From Gammaproteobacteria bacterium (lineage in GTDB: Bacteria; Pseudomonadota; Gammaproteobacteria; S012-40): DNA of 32,000 nt. Both the position numbers and the translations under genes were made by a program. Below, in pieces: positions 9,367 to 18,450 of this stretch; the first letter of the stretch is position 1; every line of letters starts with the position of its first letter. The stretch covers positions 26,732 to 58,731 of the forward strand of contig JAOUMY010000003.1 of the NCBI GenBank assembly GCA_029881255.1, given 5' to 3'. Under the pieces are notes generated by a model. That model did not search any database. It saw only the letters and a list, made by a program, of their open reading frames with translations, and was not told the origin of the DNA.

Positions 9367-10404
9367 CTACAAACTTACACTACTTTTTAGCGGATAACGC
9401 TCCATCAAATAGCAAAGACAATCTTGCCGTATAACTTTGGCATCCAGGGTCAACATCGACGGCATCATTCCCTTGGCGAAACGGATTTCACTATTTTCAA
9501 AACGAAAGTATTCGGCTTCGACTTCCTCGCCGTTTTCGTCGATGACTTCAAAATGCACAGTTCCCCCCGCGCGCGTTCGGCCGATCAAAGTGTCAGGCGC
9601 GAGTTCGCGGAAATTCAGATGGTCTAGTTCAGGAAGAAACTGAATATCCGTCTCTTCTTCACCAAAACCAAAACCAAAACTGTATTGCTCCGGAACTTTC
9701 ACTGTGGCAACGGTGTGATAAAGATCGATATCGTGTGAAGCAACCGGGTGCTCAGGAATTTCATGTAAATGCATCAGGGCGGAAAGATATTCACTGGCGT
9801 GCGCATATCCAAGTTCATCACCGGCGCGCCCACACTCTACCGTCACGCTGGGGCACAGTTCGGCCATTGCCATTGATTGCACGCCATGAGGACGAGTGAA
9901 ATAGACCACGGTGCGATTAAACAATGTCGCGAGATGAAAAAAACGATGGTCGAGGCGATTGACGCAGGCGTAATGCGGATTCAAACCGGTGTTATTGTGA
10001 AAGTCGACACTGGCAAACAATTTTTGCGCGCGGGCGTAGTGCATCACATCACACACTAAACTATGTTCAGGTGAGTTTTCGCAATCCTCCCCCCCCAACC
10101 ACACGCGGTTGTAATCCAGTTGATCATCGAGACGACGCATACCTTTGGCGGCAGCGGCAACATTACCGACAAAGAGTATTAATCCTTTGGGCAGAGTCTT
10201 TTCCTGTTGTTGCCGAAGAAATCGTTGCACGGCTTGTAAACCCACGTCTTCATTACCGTGTAACAACACCGACGCAAACAGATTTTCCGGCAGCTTTCCA
10301 CGCAGATGGATCAGACTTGGGCCGGGCAAAATCTTGTATAAATCGGCCGCGCTACTCTCCAGAAACCCAGCGGGCAAAGACTCAAATATCGACAATTCGT
10401 TCAT
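9367..10404 (-). CDS. Succinylglutamate desuccinylase/aspartoacylase (AstE/AspA, M14-like) family zinc deacylase
   Basis: The N-terminal LFASVLLHGNEDVG (H-x-x-E zinc motif) and overall pattern are typical of the AstE/AspA family. I chose the ATG at 10404 (MNELSIF), which forms an ATGA overlap with the upstream stop. The track start at 10413 is a GTG. Confidence 0.75.
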   Translation of the reverse strand: MNELSIFESLPAGFLESSAADLYKILPGPSLIHLRGKLPENLFASVLLHGNEDVGLQAVQRFLRQQQEKTLPKGLILFVGNVAAAAKGMRRLDDQLDYNRVWLGGEDCENSPEHSLVCDVMHYARAQKLFASVDFHNNTGLNPHYACVNRLDHRFFHLATLFNRTVVYFTRPHGVQSMAMAELCPSVTVECGRAGDELGYAHASEYLSALMHLHEIPEHPVASHDIDLYHTVATVKVPEQYSFGFGFGEEETDIQFLPELDHLNFRELAPDTLIGRTRAGGTVHFEVIDENGEEVEAEYFRFENSEIRFAKGMMPSMLTLDAKVIRQDCLCYLMERYPLKSSVSL

Positions 10405-11834
10405 ACCAACCACTCGTGTACCGGTTTACCGGAGTTTTGCGCCTGATAATAGGCGTGTGTCAGCGCGACCATATCGGCGCTGCGTTTTTCGACAAATTCT
10501 CGCTGCCATTGCGCGCCTGTCATACCACTCTCGGCGCGCGCGCGTATGATATCGAGATAAAACCGGCTGTCCTGTTCATCGACTTGCAAGACACGCAAAC
10601 CTTGCATTGCATCTTCAAGCAGTCGATCCAGGATTAAATTTTTCAGTGAACCACGCTTACCGTCTAACCATTGATTGGTCGCGCGCAATCCCAGGCGTGC
10701 GGCTTCGTAAAAATTATCCCGTGCCACGCTAAACGGCAAAAGCGTTTCCGGCGCGATATCGCTATTGGCCAGCGTCTCCTGCAAACCGTAGAAGAAGGCA
10801 GCATTGGCCATTTCATCAACTATCGTTGGCCCCGCAGCAATCACTCGATGCTCAATGCGTAAGTGTGTCTGGCCGTTTTTTTCAAAACCGATCAGGGGAC
10901 GATTCCAGCGCCAGATAGTACCGTTGTGCAAACGCAGATACGGCAGTCGCGCGGCATCGTCATCGAGTTTAACCGGCAATAGTATCGGAAAATGATTGAG
11001 GTTTTCCTGGAAACATTCGAATACCGAATGCTGGACATAGCCACTGCCAAAACCTACCCGTTTGATCGGCCCACTAGCGGCGTCACCATAACCACCACTT
11101 TCAACCGAACTCTCAAACAAAGGTATACGCGTTTCTTCCCATAGACTGCGCCCAAACAAAAAGGGTGAATTCGCGCCAAGCGCAACGGTCGCCGCCGAGG
11201 CAATCGTGGCGGCGTTTAAATAGCGTTTGGATGCCCTGGCCGGAATCTGTCGATGCAATTGAAACGAGGTCGCCGCCGACTCCAGCATCACATCATTGTG
11301 CCGCGAAATCAGATGCTCGCGACCATTGATATCCAGATGCAGCGGCTTGCCCTTGCGCGCCAACATCACCTGTTCATTCAAGGCGCGATAGCGATTCAAC
11401 GGCGACATATTTTCCAGGGTAAGATCGTCGTCCTGCAGTGTCGCCAATATGCCGACCATGAGTATGCGATCATTTTGACGATCGGCGATTTGCGCGCATT
11501 CCTGCCAGTGTTGTTCCAGTTCCTGATGCATGCGCATCAATCCTTTTCCACTGAGCAACTGCGGACAGACATTGAGTTCGAAATTGAATCGCGACAGTTC
11601 CGGCGCGATGACCTCTTTGGGTAACTCGTTTAATAAAAGTGCATTATCGGGAGAGGGTGTGGCGTCTTGAGCGATTAACCACGCCTCTTGCTCCAGGCCG
11701 CCGACGGCCTGATCGACGCAGAAATCATTATCCTCAAATTGCTGTTTGAGTCGCTGGGTCTCTGCCAGCAAATGCTGCGCATAGTTCTGGTAGTCTTCTT
11801 CGGAAAACTGGCTGGTGAGTATCTCTTCGCCCAT
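10401..11834 (-). CDS. Glutamate-cysteine ligase family 2 (GCS2/YbdK-like) carboxylate-amine ligase, long form
   Basis: 477 aa. GLEQEAWLI, FELNVCP, ATSFQLHRQI, GANSPFLFG and LRIEHRVIAAGPT blocks resemble the GCS2 fold. It starts 7 nt after the Sel1 gene stop, and its own stop overlaps the next gene's start. Confidence 0.7.
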   Translation of the reverse strand: MGEEILTSQFSEEDYQNYAQHLLAETQRLKQQFEDNDFCVDQAVGGLEQEAWLIAQDATPSPDNALLLNELPKEVIAPELSRFNFELNVCPQLLSGKGLMRMHQELEQHWQECAQIADRQNDRILMVGILATLQDDDLTLENMSPLNRYRALNEQVMLARKGKPLHLDINGREHLISRHNDVMLESAATSFQLHRQIPARASKRYLNAATIASAATVALGANSPFLFGRSLWEETRIPLFESSVESGGYGDAASGPIKRVGFGSGYVQHSVFECFQENLNHFPILLPVKLDDDAARLPYLRLHNGTIWRWNRPLIGFEKNGQTHLRIEHRVIAAGPTIVDEMANAAFFYGLQETLANSDIAPETLLPFSVARDNFYEAARLGLRATNQWLDGKRGSLKNLILDRLLEDAMQGLRVLQVDEQDSRFYLDIIRARAESGMTGAQWQREFVEKRSADMVALTHAYYQAQNSGKPVHEWLV

Positions 11835-11841
11835 TCTAATC

Positions 11842-12468
11842 TCAGTTGTCTGTCATCGATGCCAAGGCAGATTTGGCGGCGTCCACGTCCTGGCTCGCCG
11901 CTTTTTGCAGCCATTGCTTTGCTCCTTGCAAATCCCGTTCAGTTCCACGCCCGTCGAGCATTAATTTGGCGAGATTGTATTGGGCAAAGCGATAGCCCAG
12001 TTCCGCCGAGCGGCGATAATAATGATAGGCCTCGGCGAGATTGACGCTCACCCCCAGGCCTTGTTCGTATAGAACACCAAGATTATTGAGTGCAATTGGA
12101 TGTTGCGCCTGCGCGGCCTGTTCATACCAGCGTCGCGCCTGGGCGAGATCCGCATCGACACCCAAACCTGCCTGCAACATCCAGCCGATATTGGCCTGCG
12201 CATCGGCATTGCCCTGCTCCGCCAGCGGTCGCCAAAGTTTCATGGCCTGTTGATAGTTACCGAAGAAATAGGCGTTCTCTCCCGATTTGTAGACCTGGCG
12301 CTGATCCGGGCGCAATTCCTCTTTACCCTGTCCGAAACCACGGGATACGACTTTTTTCGACCAATCCAGGGGAGGATCTTGTTTCTCTTCCTGTTCTGGA
12401 GCCGCCGCAACCACAACAGACGTGACCAGGAACAGACATAAAAATTTGACTACGACACGAATATGCAT
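11842..12468 (-). CDS. Secreted Sel1-repeat (TPR-like) protein
   Basis: Signal peptide MHIRVVVKFLCLFLVTSVVVAAAP. At least four Sel1 repeats (GNADAQANIGWMLQAGLGV, AQHPIALNNLGVLYEQGLGV, LGYRFAQYNLAKLMLDGRG...). Confidence 0.85.
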   Translation of the reverse strand: MHIRVVVKFLCLFLVTSVVVAAAPEQEEKQDPPLDWSKKVVSRGFGQGKEELRPDQRQVYKSGENAYFFGNYQQAMKLWRPLAEQGNADAQANIGWMLQAGLGVDADLAQARRWYEQAAQAQHPIALNNLGVLYEQGLGVSVNLAEAYHYYRRSAELGYRFAQYNLAKLMLDGRGTERDLQGAKQWLQKAASQDVDAAKSALASMTDN

Positions 12469-12646
12469 CTTTTACGGATCAAATAGTTGGCCAGAAAACG
12501 TAGAAAAATAAAGACGCAGAATACCATTGCGCCCAGAGAAACTGAACGATTGAGCGCGATTGATTTTTGAGCAAGGGCGCCGGCTATGATAGGATTCGCC
12601 GACCAAATGATTCAAAAGTGCTTGATACACGCCGGGGGGATACTCG

Positions 12647-12781
12647 ATGAGCGAGAAAGAAATGATTTTTTTGTTCTTGATCAGCCTGTGCGTAATGGCC
12701 TATAGCCATCTTCCCGGCGAGCCCACAACTCCTGTCCTGGCCTCCGCAGTGGCCATACAAGACGGCAATACTTCCCAGTAA
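12647..12781 (+). CDS. Possible 44-aa small membrane protein (below the ORF-track cutoff)
   Basis: ATG at 12647 preceded by GGGGGA at 6-nt spacing. Translation MSEKEMIFLFLISLCVMAYSHLPGEPTTPVLASAVAIQDGNTSQ has one hydrophobic helix. It lies in the 436-bp gap between fliK and the Sel1 operon. No other support. Confidence 0.2.
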   Translation: MSEKEMIFLFLISLCVMAYSHLPGEPTTPVLASAVAIQDGNTSQ

Positions 12782-12904
12782 ACACGTTTGCGCGCACCCG
12801 TCATCGACGATGCCTCTGACGGTAAACCCCTGGTGATTTTGGTTAACTCATCGGATATGCGCCGGGCACACTCATCATGTCTTGTCGACATAAGGCAAAC
12901 CGCC

Positions 12905-14452
12905 CTATGCGTAGTAGTCAACCAGGTTATCGGTGCTTAAACCTCTCATTTTTCCACTCGATTCGCTTACGACATCGTCTTCCCCGTTGTCGCCACCAGA
13001 TCCAGGAAAAATCGGTTTACCCAGACGTCCTTCCTGACCGTGCGCACCATCGTGCTGGCGTTGGGCAAATTGCTGAGTCGAGACATCCACATTGCCGAGA
13101 GACAAACCGCTTTCCGACAACATATCGCGCAGACGTGGCATCGCCGTTTCTATCGCCTCACGCACATTATTGTGCTGCGCCGTAAATTGAATAGACGCAT
13201 GTTCCTGCGACATCTTGATCTTGATGTTCACTCGACCCATCTCCGGAGGGTCTAGTCTTAGCTCAGCGGTTTGCACGCCATTTTTCACCAGAAAATTGAT
13301 GCGCTTGCTAAACACCGCACCCCATTCCTCGCTTTCTAATGGCGTGTTCATCACATAGGACGGCGTTCCCGTGGCAGACAGGGGACGCACACCGGCGCTG
13401 GCGCTATTGGTGCTACCCGCCCCTCTTTCCGCGCCACCAATCAGGCTCATCTTTTCCGTCAACTGATCAAACAATTCAGCCGCGGACTGCTGTTTCTGCT
13501 GCGCATTGCGTGCCTCGACGATGGTCTCGAAGCGGGTACTATTGCGTTCGAGTTGGCGCAAAGTCTCCTGAACCAGATGTTCTGATTCTTCTTCGCTGGC
13601 AAGTTCATCTGCTGAGACAAGCTGTTTTTCCGAGGGCTTTTCACGCTCGCCACTTTTGAGGTGTTGCGGTATCTGATCCGCTCTGACCGCACCACGACGG
13701 GCCAATTCAGCCGCAGTTTCTTCGATATCTTCCGCCAGGTCTTCAACCTCTACATCCGCCTGTGCAACCATGTTCACAACCTCCTGTGGCAATTCCACTA
13801 CCTCTTCAGTAGCGGTGTCATCGGAGGTTTCGGAAACCTCGGCGACCAGCGCCTCCAATGTTGTGGTGGGATCAGTTTCTTCTTCGCCACCGACTATCAG
13901 ATCTTCCAGTTCGGGCAACAGGGAAGACAGATCATCAATGGATTCTTCTGTGGTCAGCTCGGGGAGCTCGCCAGCCTTCAATTTATCTTCCACCATTTGG
14001 CGAAAGAGTTCGGCTAGCATCGCGTGTTTTTCTGAGGATTGTGTTTGTCCATGCTCGGCCTGCGCCGGCAAGGCCTTCTCATCATCAGCCTTTTCTTCCA
14101 TGCGTTGCGCAGCCTGTTGTGGCCCCTGGCCGGATTGTTCATCCTTTTCGCTCTGCCCCTGTGCTGGCTTGGTCTCGACCTTGTCTGCCACAGTTTGCTG
14201 ATCGGCATTTTCCTGAGAACGGGAAGCGGCGTTGTTTTGTTCATTGCGTGTCGCCGGTGTGTCGTTCTTGCTGCTGCGCTCGCTTGCCTGAGAGGTTTTC
14301 GACGCCGGAGTCTGTTGTTCCTGCTTGCGCATCTCGGCAGCAAACCGATCACCGGACTGTTTGCCCTGACCAGCGCCCATGCCGGCGGCACCGACGCCGC
14401 TCTGACTCAAGCTGCCCTGATCCAGGAATATATTGGCCATTGCATCCATCAT
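12905..14452 (-). CDS. fliK: Flagellar hook-length control protein
   Basis: Low-complexity Q/E/A-rich N-terminal two-thirds. The conserved C-terminal Flg_hook domain is AELRLDPPEMGRVNIKIKMSQEHASIQFTAQHNNVREAIETAMPRLRDMLSESGLSLGNVDVS. It follows fliJ. RBS GAGGA. Confidence 0.9.
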   Translation of the reverse strand: MMDAMANIFLDQGSLSQSGVGAAGMGAGQGKQSGDRFAAEMRKQEQQTPASKTSQASERSSKNDTPATRNEQNNAASRSQENADQQTVADKVETKPAQGQSEKDEQSGQGPQQAAQRMEEKADDEKALPAQAEHGQTQSSEKHAMLAELFRQMVEDKLKAGELPELTTEESIDDLSSLLPELEDLIVGGEEETDPTTTLEALVAEVSETSDDTATEEVVELPQEVVNMVAQADVEVEDLAEDIEETAAELARRGAVRADQIPQHLKSGEREKPSEKQLVSADELASEEESEHLVQETLRQLERNSTRFETIVEARNAQQKQQSAAELFDQLTEKMSLIGGAERGAGSTNSASAGVRPLSATGTPSYVMNTPLESEEWGAVFSKRINFLVKNGVQTAELRLDPPEMGRVNIKIKMSQEHASIQFTAQHNNVREAIETAMPRLRDMLSESGLSLGNVDVSTQQFAQRQHDGAHGQEGRLGKPIFPGSGGDNGEDDVVSESSGKMRGLSTDNLVDYYA

Positions 14453-14487
14453 TGGAGATGATCCTCGCTAGTTTCTAGTGAGCTATC

Positions 14488-14503
14488 AGCAAGTGGGGTG
14501 CCA
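14488..14503 (-). promoter_or_regulatory. Sigma-54 (-24/-12) promoter for fliK
   Basis: The minus strand reads TGGCACcccacTTGCT, an exact match to TGGCAC-N5-TTGCW. It sits 36 nt upstream of the fliK ATG, leaving a leader of about 25 nt that contains the SD. Confidence 0.8.
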
Positions 14504-14569
14504 ATTGGGAGGATCAGGCTTTATGGTCTGGCGAGATGTGTAGGATGACCAAAGCTAAGAAAATGAATT

Positions 14570-15001
14570 TTAAGACTTATCTCGATTAAAACGGTCGTCC
14601 AGTTCCTTCTGAATACGCCGCTCCTCGGCGCGATTTTCCCCCTGAACCATGCGCTCGACCACCTTATCGACCGCCTTGGTGCGGTGGTGGACGGCCAGCC
14701 ATTGCCGTTTGAGTCGTTCGTTTTCCGCCTCGAACTGCTGGATGATCTGGCGCTGCTGTTCGATCGCGCGGGTGAGGTTATCCATAAACGCCTGATAATC
14801 CCTCAGTTTTCGCGCCGGTATGCCGTTCTGGCCCAGGCTCAGAAACTGTCGCCCGTATTCCTGCTGGTATTGCAACAAATCATCCAGGCGCTTGCGGTGA
14901 TTGGCCAGTTGTGCATTGTGGGCACCAAGCGCCCTTGCCGCCTGATCCTCGCGGAATTCGTTGAGGCGTTGAACCGGCTTCAGTCGTTGGCTACCTTTCA
15001 T
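14570..15001 (-). CDS. fliJ: Flagellar export chaperone/stalk protein FliJ
   Basis: 143-aa coiled-coil protein (QAARALGAHNAQLANHRKRLDDLLQYQQEY...) located directly after fliI. Confidence 0.88.
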   Translation of the reverse strand: MKGSQRLKPVQRLNEFREDQAARALGAHNAQLANHRKRLDDLLQYQQEYGRQFLSLGQNGIPARKLRDYQAFMDNLTRAIEQQRQIIQQFEAENERLKRQWLAVHHRTKAVDKVVERMVQGENRAEERRIQKELDDRFNRDKS

Positions 15002-15014
15002 GGCCTATCCCGAC

Positions 15015-16634
15015 CTAAACGCGAGCCGCAGCCGGCACGGGACCTGGCGCTGCCTGCCGTTGTTGCTGCTTGGCCTCCTGAACCTGCATGGCCTGCAACA
15101 GTAATCCACGGCTGCTGGGAAAATCCACCGGCTCGCCCATGTCCTGGGACAAAAAGGCATTGATCAATGGCTGCATCTTGATTGCCGCGTCCACTGCCGG
15201 ATCGCTGCCCGCACTATAAGCCCCCACGCTGATCAGATCGCGGTTGCGCTCATAATTCGAGTAGTGTTGTTTAAACAGTCGCGCCGCGCGCAAATGGGTC
15301 GGATCGACAATCTCGGTCATGACCCGGCTAATCGACTGTTCGATATCAATGGCCGGATAACGCCCCATCTCGGCAATACTGCGCGACAACACGATGTGGC
15401 CATCGAGTATGGCCCGCGCCGCATCGGCAATCGGGTCTTGCTGGTCGTCACCCTCGGCGAGCACCGTGTAAAAAGCCGTAATCGAGCCGCCACCAACATC
15501 GCCATTGCCGGCGCGCTCTACCAATTGCGGAATCCGCGCGAACACCGATGGCGGATAGCCACGGGTCGCTGGCGGTTCGCCGATGGCCAAAGCAATCTCC
15601 CGTTGCGCCTGGGCATAACGAGTCAACGAATCCATTAGCAGTAATACGTTCTTGCCCTGGTCACGAAAATACTCGGCAATGCGCGTGGCCAATGACGCAC
15701 CGTGCAGACGCAACACCGGGGGCGCATCGGCGGGCGCCGCAACGACGACTGAGCGCGACATTCCCTCTTCGCCCAGGGTGTTATAGATAAACTCTTTTAC
15801 CTCACGCCCACGTTCACCGATCAGGCCGACGACAATTACCTCGGCCTCGGTAAAGCGCGTCATCATCCCGAGCAATACCGATTTGCCCACACCACTACCG
15901 GCAAACAAACCGATACGCTGCCCCTTGCCGACGGTGAGCATAGAGTTGATGGCGCGCACGCCAACATCGAGTGGTTCGCTGATCTGATTGCGCGATAAGG
16001 GGTTGATCGGTCTTCCCTGCATGGGCACATATTCGTCTGCATCCAGAGGCCCGAGACCATCCAACGGACGACCGCGTCCATCGATAACCCGCCCGAGCAG
16101 GCCTTCGCCAACGGGAGCCTCATACGTCTGTCCTGTCGGGACCACCCGCGCGTTGGGCGTGATACCGCGCATGTCTCCGGTAGGCATGAGAAAGAGTTTG
16201 TCCTCGGAAAATCCCACGACTTCGGCCTCGACATTCTTGCCATCGCTATTGGCGACCAGACAACGGGCGCCGATGGGCGCCTGCACGCCGGTAGCCTCCA
16301 GTGTCAGGCCGACAATACGCTTGAGCTTGCCCTCGACGAGCAAAGGCATGGGTTCATCAAGACGCTTTTCATAGACCTGTAGACGCTCGGTCCACTCTGC
16401 ACTACGTGGATGCGGACCTTCCAAACGATATAAACGCGGAATGGGTCGACGGGGTGGAATGGCAGAACGGCCTTCAAGTCGTTCATGGTGAAAATGCAGA
16501 CGATCACGCCACTGACTACTGCGGGGGTGTGGCCTGTCACAGGCCATGGGAAGCGGACCGTCTAAACGCTCCGCATATTTATGTAATCGTTTACTCCAGT
16601 TATGCCGTCTTCGCTTGAGCGGGTCGTCACTCAT
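15015..16634 (-). CDS. fliI: Flagellum-specific ATPase FliI with an unusual ~75-aa N-terminal extension
   Basis: Walker [14 protein letters not shown], Walker [10 protein letters not shown], and [10 protein letters not shown] at the start of the core. The ATG at 16634 overlaps the fliH stop by 8 nt (ATGAGTGA). At 539 aa it is longer than the roughly 440-455 aa I recall for typical FliI. Confidence 0.93.
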   Translation of the reverse strand: MSDDPLKRRRHNWSKRLHKYAERLDGPLPMACDRPHPRSSQWRDRLHFHHERLEGRSAIPPRRPIPRLYRLEGPHPRSAEWTERLQVYEKRLDEPMPLLVEGKLKRIVGLTLEATGVQAPIGARCLVANSDGKNVEAEVVGFSEDKLFLMPTGDMRGITPNARVVPTGQTYEAPVGEGLLGRVIDGRGRPLDGLGPLDADEYVPMQGRPINPLSRNQISEPLDVGVRAINSMLTVGKGQRIGLFAGSGVGKSVLLGMMTRFTEAEVIVVGLIGERGREVKEFIYNTLGEEGMSRSVVVAAPADAPPVLRLHGASLATRIAEYFRDQGKNVLLLMDSLTRYAQAQREIALAIGEPPATRGYPPSVFARIPQLVERAGNGDVGGGSITAFYTVLAEGDDQQDPIADAARAILDGHIVLSRSIAEMGRYPAIDIEQSISRVMTEIVDPTHLRAARLFKQHYSNYERNRDLISVGAYSAGSDPAVDAAIKMQPLINAFLSQDMGEPVDFPSSRGLLLQAMQVQEAKQQQRQAAPGPVPAAARV

Positions 16635-17373
16635 GATCGCCCTCGCGCTCGCCGCCTAATACTTTGGCGATGGTCGCGGCAAGCTGTGATTCTATAGTGG
16701 CATCAATGCGGGACTCATCGGTTTCCACATTGCAACCGCCTCGCGTTAAGGCTGGGTCTTCGACGATCTTCCAGCGCTGTTCTTCTTCGCTGGCATCGGG
16801 CATGGAAAAACTTTCGCGCACCAGGGCCGCGTCTTCCGGATGTAGATACACACGAACATTGCGGCTGTTAATCGGTAAGATCGCAACAGCTTTGCGTACC
16901 GCTGCAACCACTTGTCCGGGGTCGGTTCGTAATTCACGGCGTACCACATGTTTGGCGATGGCAATCGCCACTGCCACCAATTCTTGTTCAACTTCGTCAT
17001 CAAGCTGTAATAGGGGCGCATCGAAACTCAAAATGAGTTTTCTGACCATATCGAGTTGCGCCATCAATTCGGGCTGCGCATCGCGATAGGCCTGTTCGTG
17101 TCCCTGGTGCCGTCCTTCTTCCACACCGATTGCGTGACCTTCGGCGCGTCCTTCTTCTTTGCCGTGGGCCCGGCCCTCTACCAGTCCCCGTTGAAACGCT
17201 TCGTCATATGCCGTCTTCTGAATCTTTTCCAATTCATCGGCAGTAGGCATTTTCAACTTGGACTTCTTGCTGACATTCACCAGACGCGCGTCGGGTTGTT
17301 CGTCGAACGTTGGCAGATCCCAAACCGCAATCTGCGAAAACGCGTCACTGGGATTTACTTTCTTTATTGGCAT
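16627..17373 (-). CDS. fliH: Flagellar assembly protein FliH
   Basis: The position between fliG and fliI supports the call. So do the glycine-repeat segment [31 protein letters not shown] and the C-terminal FliI-binding-type domain. Confidence 0.88.
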   Translation of the reverse strand: MPIKKVNPSDAFSQIAVWDLPTFDEQPDARLVNVSKKSKLKMPTADELEKIQKTAYDEAFQRGLVEGRAHGKEEGRAEGHAIGVEEGRHQGHEQAYRDAQPELMAQLDMVRKLILSFDAPLLQLDDEVEQELVAVAIAIAKHVVRRELRTDPGQVVAAVRKAVAILPINSRNVRVYLHPEDAALVRESFSMPDASEEEQRWKIVEDPALTRGGCNVETDESRIDATIESQLAATIAKVLGGEREGDHE

Positions 17374-17401
17374 CCGATGCTCCTTCTATGGACACGCCAA
17401 A

Positions 17402-18448
17402 TTAAATAAATTCTTCGCCGCCGGTGCCGGCAAGCATGATCTCGCCCGCCTCGGCCATGCGTCTGGCAACTGCCACGATACCTTTCTGCGCCGCTTCCAC
17501 ATCGCTGACGCGTACCGGCCCCTTGGACTCCAGATCGTCTTTGAGTATGTCCGCTGCGCGCCGTGACATATTCTTGAAGAACTTGTTCTTCATCGCGTCG
17601 TCGGAACCCTTGAGCGCCACCACCAGATCTTCGGTGGAAATTTCCTTGAGCAGTGACTGGATACCGCGATCGTCGACATCGTTGAGATTGTCGAATACGA
17701 ACATGAGCTCTTGAATGTTTTCGGCAAGCTCGTTGTCCACGTCTTTGATGTTGTCGATGATTTCGGTTTCTGTGGCCGTATCAACAAAGTTGAGGATATT
17801 GGCGGCGGCCTTAACACCACCTACAGAAGAAGATTTCACGTTGGCGTTACCTGCAAATTGACGTTCCATAATATCGTTCAGCTCCTGCAGTGCAGAAGGC
17901 TGGATACCCTCGAGTGTGGCGATACGCAAAATGACGTCGACGCGCACGGGTTCGGAGAACATGGTTAAGACTTCCGCTGCCTGATCGTGTTCGAGGAAGG
18001 TCAACACGATGGCGATAATTTGCGGATGTTCGTTGCGAATGAGATCGGCAATCGATTTCGGGTCCATCCACTTAAAGGCTTCGAGACCTTTGATATGACC
18101 GCCCATGAGTATGCGGTCGATGAGTCCTGCGGCCTTGTCTTCACCGAGGGCTTTAACGAGTACGTTGCGTATATATTCGTCGGTATCGAGGCCAAGTGCA
18201 GTCGCCGTTTCAACAATGTCATAAAACTCTTTGACGACGCGTGTAACCTGGATCTTGGTGACGTTCTTGAGGCTGGCCATGGCCATACCGATGCGTTGCA
18301 CCTCTTTCGGCTCCATGTGTTTCATAACACTGGCCGCTTCTTCCTCACCCAGGGTGAGCATCAGAATCGAGGCACGCTCCAGGCCGGTAAGCGGAGGCCC
18401 GAGACGGGGATCGCCATTCTGCGGCGCTAATGGATTGTCTTCGGCCAT
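17402..18448 (-). CDS. fliG: Flagellar motor switch protein FliG
   Basis: LTGLERASILMLTLGEEEAASVMKHM, the EHPQ motif (IRNEHPQIIAIVL), and a C-terminal torque-helix region. 348 aa. Confidence 0.96.
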   Translation of the reverse strand: MAEDNPLAPQNGDPRLGPPLTGLERASILMLTLGEEEAASVMKHMEPKEVQRIGMAMASLKNVTKIQVTRVVKEFYDIVETATALGLDTDEYIRNVLVKALGEDKAAGLIDRILMGGHIKGLEAFKWMDPKSIADLIRNEHPQIIAIVLTFLEHDQAAEVLTMFSEPVRVDVILRIATLEGIQPSALQELNDIMERQFAGNANVKSSSVGGVKAAANILNFVDTATETEIIDNIKDVDNELAENIQELMFVFDNLNDVDDRGIQSLLKEISTEDLVVALKGSDDAMKNKFFKNMSRRAADILKDDLESKGPVRVSDVEAAQKGIVAVARRMAEAGEIMLAGTGGEEFI

Positions 18449-18450
18449 GT

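Noticed and set aside
12700-12921. 73-aa minus-strand ORF overlapping the 3' end of fliK.
   Set aside because: It has no SD, an odd composition, overlaps the fliK stop region, and is antisense to the small plus-strand ORF. There is no supporting signature.
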